This document shows, piece after piece, positions 1 through 8,245 of a DNA stretch of 20,000 bases (its first letter is position 1; each line of letters opens with the position of its first letter). Made by a program: the position numbers and the translations under genes. This DNA is from an uncultured virus (IMG/VR IMGVR_UViG_3300011693_000001) (taxonomy: Duplodnaviria; Heunggongvirae; Uroviricota; Caudoviricetes), in IMG/VR virus record IMGVR_UViG_3300011693_000001, positions 239,606 to 259,605 of that record, one strand, 5' to 3'. The notes below the pieces were generated by a model that saw nothing but the letters and a program-made list of their open reading frames with translations, did no database searches and was not told the origin of the DNA.

Positions 1-302
1 AAACAACGCGAATAGACATCCCACGCAGCACTCTGCTTAGGGTTTAAGTGAGTCACTTGTCTATCGCGGATCGTAAACGAAGAGATACAGCCGAACACAT
101 TAAGCAGTGCGGCTAGAGCACCATCAACGTCTTCTGGTGCAGCGAAGAACTTCGTCTGCATCAAAGCTTTCAACTTCTTTACAGTTATGCGCGGGCTGCT
201 ATCTATCTGAGCTTTGACGGTAAGCAACAGATGGCGTTTGTAATCCTCAGTGCAAGGGTTACGAAACATAGCAAAAGCATTATTTTCTAGTGCGGTATCC
301 AT
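1..302 (-). CDS. Hypothetical protein, 3'-truncated by window edge (MDTALENNAFAMFRNPCTEDYKRHLLLTVKAQIDSSPRITVKKLKALMQTKFF...), possibly winged-helix-like
   Basis: Manual translation: ATG at 302, 4 nt after the stop of the upstream gene, open to position 1; not in the ORF track. Confidence 0.75.
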   Translation of the reverse strand, partial: MDTALENNAFAMFRNPCTEDYKRHLLLTVKAQIDSSPRITVKKLKALMQTKFFAAPEDVDGALAALLNVFGCISSFTIRDRQVTHLNPKQSAAWDVYSRC

Positions 303-306
303 TATC

Positions 307-1377
307 TTATTTCCCTAGCGCTTTCCCGAGGTGGCTCAAGAAAGCCCTTGATAGTCCGGCATCGATGCCAAGAAAGTCATTCATGCGTGCCATGTACTCT
401 GCATTAGGCGCACGATTGTAGTAATCCTCCGAGTCCTCCCCTGCGCGCAAACAACGCTTGCTGCGCAGATACTCAGTAAAAGCAGGATCATCGTGACCAG
501 TAACCAGCAACAGGAATGCCTTTCTGTTTGGAGCATCACCGTAACGACGCATTAGCCTGTCGAAGTCCAGTGTCTCAGTTATATCAGAACCATCGTGACC
601 AAGATCATCGTAGGAAACATCACCCTCTTCACTTTTGATTTGGTTGTTGGAGACGATGACAAGATCGTAATCGTTTCCACCGAAACCATCTTTTGCTCCT
701 TGCACCAGTCGTCCAGCTTTAGCGCTTGTGCTGGCTTGAATGATATTCACAGCATGATTGTTGATAGCGCGCAGAATGTAGTTCTTTATGTAGGCAACAG
801 AGACGGGTTGCTTGAGAGGCATGAGAGAGTAAAACACACTCAACGCCTTACAAGCGAGTTCACTGTTCAGATCAGAGAACTCTGTGTTGGTACTGCTGCT
901 AATAAAGCGCATCCTCTTGTACGTGATGGACTTGATCACCCGAGTAATTGCAGGGTACAACTCACGGAAAACGATAAAGTCAGCATCGCGGCGAAGGGGA
1001 GTAACATCTGAGGGTCGATAACCCTGAGTTTTAATTTGGCTGCGCAAACCTCGCACCATTAACACTTTCTTCAGCATCACCATATCATTGTGGGTAATGC
1101 GGAAGTCTTTCTGCACTCGTGCCAGAACTTCAGGTGTTAGTTTATCCAAGCCTGCTGCAATAAAAGCATACTTGAGATTGACGGAAAAATAACTCTTAGT
1201 GGCGAGAGATAGCCTGTAGTTCTTCGCACTAACGCAGACTCCCTTGAAGTTCCTTTGAAACTTAAAGGCAGTATCCATACCGGCAAGGTAACGGAAAATG
1301 TGAGTGGCGTAAGTCACCGCTTGGGGTGAATTTAACTCGACGCCAAACTCTTCAGTAATGCTTCGACATAGGGTCAT
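307..1377 (-). CDS. Putative divergent (ECF-like) RNA polymerase sigma factor, 356 aa
   Basis: ATG 1377 preceded by AAGGGG SD. Segment FRELYPAI...EFSDLNSELACKAL...YIKNYILRAINNHAVNII resembles sigma region 2; VSYDDL...RKAFLLLVTG resembles the linker/region 4 start. Confidence 0.5.
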   Translation of the reverse strand: MTLCRSITEEFGVELNSPQAVTYATHIFRYLAGMDTAFKFQRNFKGVCVSAKNYRLSLATKSYFSVNLKYAFIAAGLDKLTPEVLARVQKDFRITHNDMVMLKKVLMVRGLRSQIKTQGYRPSDVTPLRRDADFIVFRELYPAITRVIKSITYKRMRFISSSTNTEFSDLNSELACKALSVFYSLMPLKQPVSVAYIKNYILRAINNHAVNIIQASTSAKAGRLVQGAKDGFGGNDYDLVIVSNNQIKSEEGDVSYDDLGHDGSDITETLDFDRLMRRYGDAPNRKAFLLLVTGHDDPAFTEYLRSKRCLRAGEDSEDYYNRAPNAEYMARMNDFLGIDAGLSRAFLSHLGKALGK

Positions 1378-1387
1378 GTTGTTCCCC

Positions 1388-2242
1388 TTAAACAATCATG
1401 TCCACACGGCTTCCTGATTTCCGTTTCACTTCGATAGAAGATTCCCCTTTCTTCTTTTTGTCGACAGCTTTCTTACGCTTAAGCGATTTGCCGCCTTTGA
1501 CGTCGTAACCCTGCATCAGATCACTAACAACTTGAACGAGGTCATACACTTCCGACTTGGTGCGCTTACCACCGTTCTCACGGAACACAGTATCGATAGT
1601 GGTGATGTTTCCTGCTTTGGAATCGTCGACCATATCCAGTTCGATTTCTTCCATGTGACGCAGACGCTTAACCGTTGTAGTGTGAACATCAGGATCGACG
1701 CGGCGACCCTTAGCTTCCATCTGGCGACGTATCGGTTCAAACTCTTCCGGTGTGTACATGGTCGGCATGCTTTCCTTCGTGTAAGTCAAAACACAACGAG
1801 CGTCTTTGCCTACCAGACGCATGTAGTTTTTGTTCACGAAGACAACATAAGCGGACATATAGTTGCTCAGATAATCCGCATTTGCACGACCACGATAACG
1901 AACATATACCTTCTGACCAAAGGCAAAGCCGTGTTTACGTGTAGTAGCTTCTGCTCGCAGAAGAGCAGAAAGAATCTTCAAATTTTTCCCGTCGATACCA
2001 GCAACGAGATTCGTAAGCCCTTCGAAACCTGTACTACCAACAAACCCTTCCAACTGACGAACATCAGGTGCGAACTTAGCACACGCTTCACAGTTCTCAG
2101 TCTTAGCAAACTCATCACGACAGCCTAGCTTCTGCTTGCCGCCAATAAGTTTGTCATAAGTAAACCCGCTGCAATCACCACAAGTGGTTTTTTGGCCGTG
2201 AAGGATGGTTGCTGCGATGCGGTTCTGAGTGGTGGTGCTCAT
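1388..2242 (-). CDS. Hypothetical protein with N-terminal Cys cluster (CxxC..C..CxxC) and possible SH3-like barrel; Lys-rich C-terminus
   Basis: 284-aa ORF: TCGDCSGF...GCR...CEACAKF; FGQKVYVRY...AYVVFVNKNYMRLV. Confidence 0.75.
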   Translation of the reverse strand: MSTTTQNRIAATILHGQKTTCGDCSGFTYDKLIGGKQKLGCRDEFAKTENCEACAKFAPDVRQLEGFVGSTGFEGLTNLVAGIDGKNLKILSALLRAEATTRKHGFAFGQKVYVRYRGRANADYLSNYMSAYVVFVNKNYMRLVGKDARCVLTYTKESMPTMYTPEEFEPIRRQMEAKGRRVDPDVHTTTVKRLRHMEEIELDMVDDSKAGNITTIDTVFRENGGKRTKSEVYDLVQVVSDLMQGYDVKGGKSLKRKKAVDKKKKGESSIEVKRKSGSRVDMIV

Positions 2243-2684
2243 CTTGAAGGTATCCCTTATGAATTAGTGTATACTTGATGCAGTAAAGTATAGCATTGGG
2301 TAGAGAGCCAAGCGCGTGATCAGTGCGAAACAGTTTCAACGCGCGATGAATCCTACAGGTGAGAGGAACTGTCAGCTTGTAATCCTTATCGAGCGGAATG
2401 TTATCATCTGCTCGAAGTATAGCTGATACCAGAATCTCTAAGTACGGTTTAGCGTTATTTTCTTGCCCTTCGTTTGCCCAAAACTGTTTCGGTGGCTTGC
2501 CGCCATGTTTATGAGCGACAATGCCTTCAGCTTGAGCGTGAAGTATCGTGTGACAAGAGCCGCATAGCGGGATTTGCAAACTGTTTTTCCCGCCTAGCGC
2601 TTGAGGGACTGTATGGTGCCAATGTAATGTGCGAAAGAAATGTTCGCAAATAAGACAGTTACCCTCTTGATACTTCTCTGTCAC
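2175..2684 (-). CDS. HNH endonuclease-like protein with putative C-terminal ribbon-helix-helix
   Basis: CLIC...WHHTVPQALGGKNSLQIPLCGSCHTILH is a Zn-binding HNH signature. GTG start at 2684 overlaps the upstream TGA (GTGA coupling). Confidence 0.8.
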   Translation of the reverse strand: MTEKYQEGNCLICEHFFRTLHWHHTVPQALGGKNSLQIPLCGSCHTILHAQAEGIVAHKHGGKPPKQFWANEGQENNAKPYLEILVSAILRADDNIPLDKDYKLTVPLTCRIHRALKLFRTDHALGSLPNAILYCIKYTLIHKGYLQDEHHHSEPHRSNHPSRPKNHLW

Positions 2685-3583
2685 AGAAGCGGCACATGGC
2701 GGTGCGGTAAACTCCAAGATGTGAGTTTAACCGTACGACCAACACGCGAGAGAATCTTCAACTTCTCAGCCGGGATAAGCCAAGCGAGAGACAGGTTCGC
2801 GTTACGCGGATTGCGCTGGAAAGTAGGAGACATTAGCTCGTACTTAACAGGACTGTTCTTGTTAATCTGCGTAAGAACATCCATGACTACAGCATGCAAG
2901 TCCAATTTGTTTTTCCGACCAGTACCAAACATTTCTGTGAGCTTAGGCACATCAGCCACCAACAACTTCTGCCCCTTCAGCACAACGAAAGATTCGGCAA
3001 TACGCTCGTATCGGAAACCAACCTGCTTGAGAGCTTTATCTTCCAGCAGATTGAAGTCCTCGAACAGAGGGACAATCGGATAGTCGATAACGGTAAAAGG
3101 TGTAGCAATACGTTCGGGAAGTTTCGAAGCGCCGTCGTAAAACTTCTGCATCTTAGCGCGGTCAACGTCAGTAACAGGAGGAAGGCCAGTTCCCTCGTGA
3201 AACATTTTCACGTTGTTCTTAATGCGCTGCTCGATGAACATCAGTTTTCCACGGGCAGGATCGTTGAAATCTGCGATCAAGTCGATGAGTTTATAAACTC
3301 CATCTTTGCGTCCAATCATCATCACCATAGTGTTCAGACGTAGGACCAGCTGCTTGATATCGTTTTCAACGTTTGCGGGGAGTTGCAAAATCTTCGGGTT
3401 GAGAAGTTTGACGCAGGATTCCAGCGCATCGATAATCTCATTGCGCTTCTTAATCTCCCGCTTCGTTACAGCTTTGCGGAAAGCGTCAAACTCAGTGAAC
3501 ACAGAGAGTACGTGTTCGGCAGGGTCTTCCGGTACATTGTTGAGGATGATGTACTTTTGTTTCAGGTCTTTGAAGTAGCTCAT
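2681..3583 (-). CDS. Hypothetical protein, 300 aa
   Basis: Long ORF; ATG 3583 preceded by AAGGAG SD. Confidence 0.8.
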   Translation of the reverse strand: MSYFKDLKQKYIILNNVPEDPAEHVLSVFTEFDAFRKAVTKREIKKRNEIIDALESCVKLLNPKILQLPANVENDIKQLVLRLNTMVMMIGRKDGVYKLIDLIADFNDPARGKLMFIEQRIKNNVKMFHEGTGLPPVTDVDRAKMQKFYDGASKLPERIATPFTVIDYPIVPLFEDFNLLEDKALKQVGFRYERIAESFVVLKGQKLLVADVPKLTEMFGTGRKNKLDLHAVVMDVLTQINKNSPVKYELMSPTFQRNPRNANLSLAWLIPAEKLKILSRVGRTVKLTSWSLPHRHVPLL

Positions 3584-3660
3584 TCCAAGCTCCTTATTGG
3601 GGTGAGAACGCGGTCGCCTGTACAACCGTGAATCACAGGTAGGTAGCAGAGTAAATTAGC

Positions 3661-3688
3661 AAGCCGTGGACTGCATCACCCACGGCTT
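3661..3688 (-). terminator. Hairpin downstream of topoisomerase gene (probable terminator)
   Basis: 9-bp perfect stem AAGCCGTGG/CCACGGCTT, 8 nt after the stop at 3697; weak U-tract. Confidence 0.55.
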
Positions 3689-3696
3689 TACTCTGA

Positions 3697-6474
3697 CTAC
3701 AATTTATCTTTTGTCTTCTTGATGTAAGCATCTACTTCATCGAGTTGACGAAGAACACGATCAGCTGGGGCTTTTTGATCAGCTTTCAGCGATTTAATCG
3801 TCTTCTTAATTTCCTTTTGCTTAGCTAGAATATCATTAAGTTCTAGCTTGGCAAGTCGGCGAGCTTGTAGGTCAAGAATGGCCTTAACAAACTCAGCTGG
3901 TTTCTTCCACTTTTTCATCAGCATCTGATCGGGGTCTTTCTTCGACTTCAATGCTTGGAAAATGTCTTCCAGATGATCGACAGCGAATTGCAGCATTTCC
4001 TGATGCTGATACTTTTTCTCCTCATCAGCAATCAGTTTCTTCAACACCGCCGATTCAAGCTTTACTCGAAACTCACACCACTTCTCCAGCATACCAGCTA
4101 CGTTAACTTCTCCAAAGTCAGCACTGCCGTCCTTGTTACGTCGCGTATAACCGATGTTGAATTGCAGTGCGCCGGTTAGCTCCTTCTCGATTTTCGAGAT
4201 TAGCGGCTCCAGCAAATGATCATCTAGGTTTTTCTTAAAACTGATCGTGTATCGGATGTTGTAATTACCAACACCAGCTGCCGAGTCATCGTTGATTTCC
4301 TTGATGCCGGGCAGGTCACGTAGTTTGACCAGTTTTTTCTCAATCGTGTTTTGCGAACCAAAAGCAGGCGAGCACGATTCAATGTACAGCTCGCGGCGGT
4401 GACGATCAAAGCGCGTTTCGCAAACAAAACGGATGCTACCACGACCAGTCTTGTACACTTCGAGGATTTCATCGAAAGTGGAAACAATACGACCGCCGTA
4501 TTTCGAATTCACTTCCAAATTCTTTGCTAACCACTTGCTAGTGATTTTCTCACCTTGCAAACAACGCTTCACTGCTTTCAGTACACCTTTTAGCTTGAAG
4601 CTAGGCATACCTACAGCTACACCAAACGCAGGCGCCCGCACTGTACCGGTCAGAAGTATGACAGGTAACTTGGCGGGAAAGAAAAGAGGCCATTCGGCAT
4701 CGTTCGAAAAGTTTTTTACATACGGAACAACAGCAAGATATTTCGGATCGAGAATAAACTTGTCGCTGAATTCAGACAGGCGTGCTTCCGTATTATGAAC
4801 GATCATACCGTTGGCTGTGTACGAGTTAGAACCCGGAACAGTCAGATCGTAAGTGGCCTCATCACCGATATAACGAATCGAGCGAACTTCGGTGAGGAAG
4901 TAGTCACAATCAAGGATATGCCGCAACTTACCAACAAGGGAAGGAAAATGCTTTCCGACAAACTTACCGACCGAGCTTAGCCATTCACGCAGACTTTCCA
5001 GAGTGCATGGCATCGCACGGCCAGACAGACCACGTAGCATAGCCAGCTCGTAACGTGGGATAGCTTGATTGTGCTCATTCACTTCACTATCAAGAATCTC
5101 ACTATAGTGATCGCGCACTACTTGCGGCAACCATGAGAGCTTCTGGTTATCGTAAGCAGAGTTGAGTGCTCTTCCGCCTTTGCGTTCAGAAAGGAAACCA
5201 ATCTCTCTCTGAAACTTATCGTACATCGTCTTGCTGCACAGATACAGAGTATGTTTGCTCTGACGGAACGGCAGGCCGAATTTCGTCAGCAGCAACACCT
5301 GTAGCTGATCCAGCAATTTGTTGCTTCTGGAACTGTAGCTGATGCCGGAGTTATGCACGCTACCGTCACCTTCAAACAATGCGGACAGGAAAGCGACAAC
5401 TTCTTTCTTGGAACCACGCAGAACACAAGCCGGAATCTCTTTGTCCTTAGCGGTGCACGGATGAATGCCGTTAGCTTCCAAGAACTTACGCACATGAGTG
5501 GAGTTAATTGTGACTTGAGCGTATTTACGCTTAGCCCAATTCTTTTTATCAGGCTCACGCCACGTGGTAGATACCACAATTCCGGGAAACAGTTTTTCGG
5601 TAAGATCGGTGAAGAGATTCACCATAGCCTCGTCCGAATTCATAAACTGAATCGAAGCTGTGCCGATGCTACCTTCTGAAATAAGCAGACCGAGCCATGC
5701 AGCAAAGTCAGCGGACATACGCTTAGGCACGGGGTAAACTTTATAACCGTAGCGCAAAGAGGATTCGCTAGGTGCTTCCGGTTGAATCAGAACACTACCC
5801 TGCTTGGGCCAAGAAACACTCGGGTTACGCTTGTAGCAAACAACATCACCCTCTTCCAGAGTCTCGATGGTACGCCATACGAAAGCCAAATCAGAGGAGA
5901 GAACCAGCAAAGGCTCGTTACTTGTACCTTTAATGTGACCTATTGCAGTTTCGACGCGATAAATTTCACGAACACCACTGTCCAACCAGAATGCAGCCTC
6001 TTCGACACCGTTACGTGTTTCGACTTTCAGTTGAATAGGCAGTTTCTTTTTAGGTGACAGACCCAACACGCTAGGAATATCACCGATAGGAATCAAACCT
6101 TTCTCAGTGCTTACCAGTGTATCGCCTGTGAAACAATAACGCATCGCTGCTGCACTTGAATCATGGCGACCCCAGTTACCAAAACCATCTACTAGGTTAG
6201 GCAGTGAATTCGCAATAGTAACCATCGCATCGTAGCAGGCTTGGTCGCCATGCGGATGGTATTTACCGATAACATCACCGACCGTACGTGCAGCTTTTTT
6301 ATACGGATCGTTGTAATGCAAACCCAATTGGTACATCGACCAAAGAATTGCGCGGTGAACTGGTTTCAATCCATCGCGGTAATCTGGAATGGCGCGATTC
6401 TCTACAACGTGAGAACCGTATTCCAGCATTGCACCTTCAACAAACTCTTCGAGGTGCTGGTTATTCGTTCCCAT
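3697..6474 (-). CDS. gyrA: Type IIA topoisomerase subunit A (GyrA/ParC-like) precursor containing an intein; about 477 aa after splicing, no C-terminal pinwheel domain
   Basis: [37 protein letters not shown], and AAAMRY|TEARLS catalytic motif split by the intein. Confidence 0.93.
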   Translation of the reverse strand: MGTNNQHLEEFVEGAMLEYGSHVVENRAIPDYRDGLKPVHRAILWSMYQLGLHYNDPYKKAARTVGDVIGKYHPHGDQACYDAMVTIANSLPNLVDGFGNWGRHDSSAAAMRYCFTGDTLVSTEKGLIPIGDIPSVLGLSPKKKLPIQLKVETRNGVEEAAFWLDSGVREIYRVETAIGHIKGTSNEPLLVLSSDLAFVWRTIETLEEGDVVCYKRNPSVSWPKQGSVLIQPEAPSESSLRYGYKVYPVPKRMSADFAAWLGLLISEGSIGTASIQFMNSDEAMVNLFTDLTEKLFPGIVVSTTWREPDKKNWAKRKYAQVTINSTHVRKFLEANGIHPCTAKDKEIPACVLRGSKKEVVAFLSALFEGDGSVHNSGISYSSRSNKLLDQLQVLLLTKFGLPFRQSKHTLYLCSKTMYDKFQREIGFLSERKGGRALNSAYDNQKLSWLPQVVRDHYSEILDSEVNEHNQAIPRYELAMLRGLSGRAMPCTLESLREWLSSVGKFVGKHFPSLVGKLRHILDCDYFLTEVRSIRYIGDEATYDLTVPGSNSYTANGMIVHNTEARLSEFSDKFILDPKYLAVVPYVKNFSNDAEWPLFFPAKLPVILLTGTVRAPAFGVAVGMPSFKLKGVLKAVKRCLQGEKITSKWLAKNLEVNSKYGGRIVSTFDEILEVYKTGRGSIRFVCETRFDRHRRELYIESCSPAFGSQNTIEKKLVKLRDLPGIKEINDDSAAGVGNYNIRYTISFKKNLDDHLLEPLISKIEKELTGALQFNIGYTRRNKDGSADFGEVNVAGMLEKWCEFRVKLESAVLKKLIADEEKKYQHQEMLQFAVDHLEDIFQALKSKKDPDQMLMKKWKKPAEFVKAILDLQARRLAKLELNDILAKQKEIKKTIKSLKADQKAPADRVLRQLDEVDAYIKKTKDKL
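4792..6135 (-). mobile_element. Intein (448 aa) with LAGLIDADG homing endonuclease, inserted immediately after the active-site Tyr113
   Basis: Starts CFTGDTLV, ends [21 protein letters not shown] followed by Thr+1; LAGLIDADG-like blocks [10 protein letters not shown] and [12 protein letters not shown]. Confidence 0.95.
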
Positions 6475-6487
6475 ACTTATACGTCCT

Positions 6488-6523
6488 TTAACTATCCGCG
6501 GAACCTTAACTACTACCGGAACC
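6488..6523 (-). repeat. Tandem 18-bp direct repeat GGTTCCG-N4-TAGTTAA x2 adjoining the topoisomerase SD
   Basis: Copies at 6506-6523 and 6488-6505, identical at 14 of 18 positions. Confidence 0.7.
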
Positions 6524-6558
6524 GTAGAGCGCCCCTCGGCAAGTGCGGGGGTAGGGCC

Positions 6559-6587
6559 ATGATAGCATGACCCTCCCGGCAGGTCAA
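6559..6587 (-). promoter_or_regulatory. Sigma70-type promoter for the topoisomerase gene
   Basis: TTGACC (6587-6582), 17-nt spacer ending TGC, TATCAT (6564-6559); intergenic and correctly oriented. Confidence 0.75.
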
Positions 6588-6636
6588 CACGTCTCAGCAG
6601 GTCCGACGAGCGGTCGAGTGTGATGGCACACAGCCA

Positions 6637-8172
6637 TCAGTCCTCGGCGTCGTCATCATCGGCTTCGACGGATTTCTTTTTCGCTTTTGCTTTCTTCGCT
6701 TCCAATGCACGCTTTTCAGCAAGCATTGCAAGTTCGCCACCTTTCTTATTGCACTGATCTTCCAACCACAAACGAAGTGCTTTTGGCTTTACGCCCTTAT
6801 CAGCACACAGGTCTTTGATTTGCGATTTAGTGCCTTCGATGAGAACTTTGAATTCAAGCCAAGAAAACTTCTTGCCGGCATACGGAGTACCTTCGCCGAA
6901 AAGAATCTTGTCACGCTGACCAGAGATTTGTCCTGTTGCTCTCAAATAATTCCAAGCATCCCAAGTCATGCAGAAGCCGGTAGGCTCCCCATCAGCATCA
7001 CCGATACGAGTACGTAGAATTACTTCTTGCAGCGGACGACCACCGAGTTTGTTCTTGATGGTTTTGACTTTGATGTAGGCGTAGTAATCAACAGCACCTT
7101 CATCTTTGATCGACTGCTCTTCTTCGATATAACCTTTGCCGTGTGGGATAACGGTTTTGGCTGTACGCATACGAACGTCCGAGAAGAACTTGAGTGCGTT
7201 ACCACAAGGCTCGCGTTCAGTCGGACCATACATAACGCCAATGTTTTCACGAATCTGATTGATACCAACAATCACGATACGCTTCTTCTTCATCTTAGTC
7301 TTGATACGCGGAATCTGCTTCGAGAACATCCGCGCTTGCAGACCGAGCGAGTTATCACCATCTTCCTTATCGTCCATCGACTGCGGGTTCATCGCAGGAT
7401 AAGAATCGGTCAGGATGATTGCTTGCAGGCTACCATCTTCTGCTTCAACACGCAGCTTGTTATGCTTGGAGAAATACTTCTTGTCGTATTTCCCTTTCAG
7501 CATCGACTGGTTTTCTTTGGTGTTCTCGTAAACGTAGTACCACTTGCCTTTCATGTACAACTTGTCAGGCAGGATACGTTCGAGTTCCGCAACAGCCGAG
7601 AAGAACTGTTCACCAGTATCCGGCGACGAGTAGTAAACCAGAGGTTCGCTAACGTAGTTACCGTCTTCGTCTTTCTGACCGAACACGTCTTCCGCACTAA
7701 CTTTCACACGGGCATTTTTCAGGATAGCTTCGAAGTAATCGAACTGCACCGAACCTTCGTAGTCGAAGTACGAGCTATAACCTTTGAAGTTGTTGCGCAG
7801 GATACTCGCAACGATAGTCATCGCCAGTGTCGACTTACACGACTGTTCACCACCCAACGCGGTGTACCAACCACCAGCAACCAGACCGCCGCTAATAATC
7901 AAGTCGAGGGAGATTAGGCCAGTCGAGAATCGCGGCTCATCTTTCGACAACGCGCCACTAACAAGGTCGAACTTCTTTTCGATCTTATGCAAACGAGTGC
8001 GAGCAAAGCTAACCGGGTTAAAGAACTCAGGTTGCTCGATTGCTACTGCGCTACCAGAATCTTCGTTATCCTCTGCGCCTTTTTTGCGACGGGTCTTAGG
8101 GGCAGATTCTTTTTTCGGAGAAGCACGCTTACCACGCTTCTTTTCTGACTCAGCTTTCGCAGCCTTCGCCAT
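6637..8172 (-). CDS. recA: RecA/UvsX-like recombinase, 511 aa, with Lys-rich termini
   Basis: FSTGLISLDLIISGGL, Walker A-like GGEQSCKST, Walker B ILTDS, GLQARMFS, INQIRENIGVMYG, GNALKFFSDVR, KNKL. Confidence 0.92.
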   Translation of the reverse strand: MAKAAKAESEKKRGKRASPKKESAPKTRRKKGAEDNEDSGSAVAIEQPEFFNPVSFARTRLHKIEKKFDLVSGALSKDEPRFSTGLISLDLIISGGLVAGGWYTALGGEQSCKSTLAMTIVASILRNNFKGYSSYFDYEGSVQFDYFEAILKNARVKVSAEDVFGQKDEDGNYVSEPLVYYSSPDTGEQFFSAVAELERILPDKLYMKGKWYYVYENTKENQSMLKGKYDKKYFSKHNKLRVEAEDGSLQAIILTDSYPAMNPQSMDDKEDGDNSLGLQARMFSKQIPRIKTKMKKKRIVIVGINQIRENIGVMYGPTEREPCGNALKFFSDVRMRTAKTVIPHGKGYIEEEQSIKDEGAVDYYAYIKVKTIKNKLGGRPLQEVILRTRIGDADGEPTGFCMTWDAWNYLRATGQISGQRDKILFGEGTPYAGKKFSWLEFKVLIEGTKSQIKDLCADKGVKPKALRLWLEDQCNKKGGELAMLAEKRALEAKKAKAKKKSVEADDDDAED

Positions 8173-8189
8173 GTTATAAACCTCACTAG

Positions 8190-8219
8190 AATGAAGAAGA
8201 GGGAGGCTAGTGCCTCCCT
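8190..8219 (-). terminator. Probable intrinsic terminator between ssb and recA
   Basis: Stem AGGGAGGC/GCCTCCCT with 4-nt loop, followed by CTTCTTCATT on the minus strand. Confidence 0.6.
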
Positions 8220-8245
8220 ACTGCTTAGAAAAACTCACAGCTCAC

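Noticed and set aside
6475..6636. tRNA or known riboswitch in the recA-gyrA gap
   Set aside because: No cloverleaf or T-loop motif and no family recognised; explained by promoter and leader, though an Rfam search was not possible
7027..7917. 296-aa plus-strand ORF
   Set aside because: Entirely antisense to recA, no recognisable motifs
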